A stretch of DNA of 32,000 bases from Candidatus Saccharimonadota bacterium (GTDB lineage: Bacteria > Bacillota_I > Bacilli_A > Mycoplasmatales > Hepatoplasmataceae). A program made the translations under genes and the position numbers. The notes beneath the pieces are model-generated. The model was given only the letters and a program-made list of their open reading frames with translations, was not told the origin of the DNA and did not search any database. The DNA lies in contig AP027131.1 of the NCBI GenBank assembly GCA_027925225.1, positions 270,001-302,000 of the forward strand. Direction: 5' to 3'. Positions 30,159 to 32,000 of this stretch are shown here, piece by piece. The number at the start of each line of letters is the position of its first letter. Position 1 is the first letter of the stretch.

Positions 30159-32000
30159 ATGGAAGAAAACACAAATTTAAATATTTTAAATGTAAATGAA
30201 AATGAACTTAATTTTTTTAATTATAAAAAATTTTCTAATTTTAAAACAGCAAACAATACTGTAAAAAATCTAAATAAATTACTAATTAATTTAAATAAAA
30301 TTTATTCATCTATTTTTCATAATGAAAATATTAAATTAAATAAAAAGGTAAATAAGAAATATAAAAATGATTTAAAAAAAGGTTTAGAAAATAATTGACT
30401 TGAAACACAAATTAGGGAATTGAAAGAATTAAATGATTTAGAAAAGCACCTTTTATCTAAAAATTTAAGAGAAAATTATTTAAAAAATGAAACAATAAAT
30501 TTTAAAAAAATTAATATTAAAAAAATTCTTTATTTAAATAAAGAAGTTTGAAAAAATCTAAATATATTAACAAAATACACTGCTAAGAAAATAGATTTCT
30601 CAATAAATGAAAATTTAATTGAGGCTAATAATTTAATAAATTCATTTCACAAAAAAATGAATCAAAATAATTTGTTAGTAAAAAAATGAAATAACAATAA
30701 AATGTTTTTTAATAATTCATTTAACTTGACTTCGGATAATGTTAAAAATAATAAAAAAGATTTATCAAAAATTTTAAGACAAAATGAAAGACTATATGAT
30801 AAATTTTCTGATTTAAATCTTTTAAGTAAGAGATTATTTCATGTTCTTGATGTTGATAGTGAACTTTTTTTAGAAAAAGACCAAAAGAAATTAGAAAGTG
30901 TTTTATTTTATGAATTATCGAGAGCTGGAATAATACCTTATTCTAAAAAGCAAAATAATTACTTAGAAAAAACAGTAAGAAATATTATAAATGAATCTGA
31001 AAATATAGAAAAATCACTTTATGATATAAAAAATCAAGAAAAAAATGCAGTTAATTCTTTTAATTTTTTATTAGAAAAATTTAAACAAAATGAATTATTT
31101 AAAATAAATGCATCTATTTTGAGCTTTGAAAATACAAAAAAAGAAATTATTCAAAAATTGGATTTATTAAAAGAAAGAGGAGAAATTCTTTCAGACAAAA
31201 TTGATTTTTTAACTGAAAAATTAAGAAGACATGTAATAGGAAAAATTATTAAAGAAAATAATTTAGAGAAACAAAGTGACTTAATAATAAGTTTTGCAAA
31301 TTTAAGACATCCTTTATTAAATGAAAAAATTGGACAATTATCAAAAATTTCTCAAGAAGAAAAAATAGCTTCACCTTCAAGCTTTCCTCAAAAATCATTA
31401 AAAAAACAAATAATAATATTTGAAAATATTTATGATAATGTTTTATCACTTTGAAATTTAATAAATGATCTAAGGGAAAATAAAATTATTTACAATGTTT
31501 CAGAATTAAAATTTGGAAATTTAAATAAAATAAGAAATCCAAAAAAAAATAGCAATTTATTATTAATACAAAAAAAAGAAAGACATCAAGGTGTTAAATT
31601 AAAAAATATACTTGAAAATCAAATGAATGATATTAATAAATATTTAAATAGAATTATTGAAGTTCAAATTGATTTTTTAAAAAAATTTAATAAACCAAAT
31701 GAGGAAGGAGAAAATAAAAATATTGTTTTTGATTTTTCTGAAATAGGGAAAAAGTTAAAAGATAAAAATTTATTAACTCAAAATGATATTCTTAATTTTG
31801 ACAAAGAAAAAATTGCTCAAAAAATAGATTTTTTAGTTAAAAATCAGAATAAATTTTTTAGTAATAATAATTTAGAAAATTTTAATTATAAAGTAATTAA
31901 TTTAGGTGAAAAAATATTTCAACATAAATATTTAGATAAATATTCTAATAAAAATATAAATGTTAATCCCAAAAAAATAAAAGTATCCAGTATAAAAAGA
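30159..32000 (+). CDS. large Asn/Lys-rich protein, probably coiled-coil (3' end outside window)
   Basis: ATG 30159 and the track pieces 30159-30398 and 30702-31454 are in one frame. That frame stays open across several TGA codons to the window edge, giving more than 610 aa. No TM or known motif is seen. A long open frame in such AT-rich DNA argues for real coding sequence. Confidence 0.75.

Noticed and set aside
31249-31449. 66-aa minus-strand ORF
   Set aside because: It is antisense within the long Asn/Lys-rich plus-strand frame.
1-32000. CRISPR arrays, IS elements or transposases, integrases, prophage genes, rRNA and tRNA genes
   Set aside because: I scanned both strands. There are no spaced direct repeats, no terminal inverted repeats flanking ORFs, no recombinase-like or transposase-like translations, and no rRNA or tRNA signatures. 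The window looks like core chromosome.

Overview
This is a very AT-rich, gene-dense chromosomal segment of a Mollicutes-type (Mycoplasma-like) bacterium that must be read with genetic code 4 (TGA = Trp). The supplied ORF track used the standard code, so most genes appear as fragments. Same-frame fragments separated only by TGA merge into intact genes, and I checked the long merges codon by codon for TAA/TAG.

Gene order:
- glpK (5'-truncated), then glpO.
- A convergent 150-aa ORF that looks ToxN/AbiQ-like, preceded by a structured GC-rich RNA region and a terminator.
- A minus-strand dcw cluster, mraZ-rsmH-ftsA-ftsZ-sepF, with tandem GTGGG boxes at its promoter.
- rpmF-nusB (minus strand).
- pnuC, a 119-aa orphan, a DJ-1/PfpI protein, aspS and a patatin-like phospholipase.
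- A Lys-rich membrane protein, a YneF-like protein and a 170-aa orphan.
- parE-parC, then rpmG, a yqeG-like gene and yqeH.
- A promoter-to-terminator small RNA or leader.
- A nadD-yqeK fusion, then an M24 Xaa-Pro peptidase.
- A minus-strand three-gene MacB/FtsX-type ABC operon: an ATPase with a ~190-aa N-terminal extension, a 1254-aa double-FtsX permease, and a 600-aa membrane-anchored ectoprotein.
- The start of a very large Asn/Lys-rich protein.

I found no rRNA, tRNA, CRISPR array, IS element or prophage.

The most interesting candidates are:
1. A possible type III toxin-antitoxin-like locus at 2524-3117 with a non-repetitive upstream RNA.
2. The unclassified RNA element upstream of nadD.
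3. The ABC operon with its dedicated surface partner.
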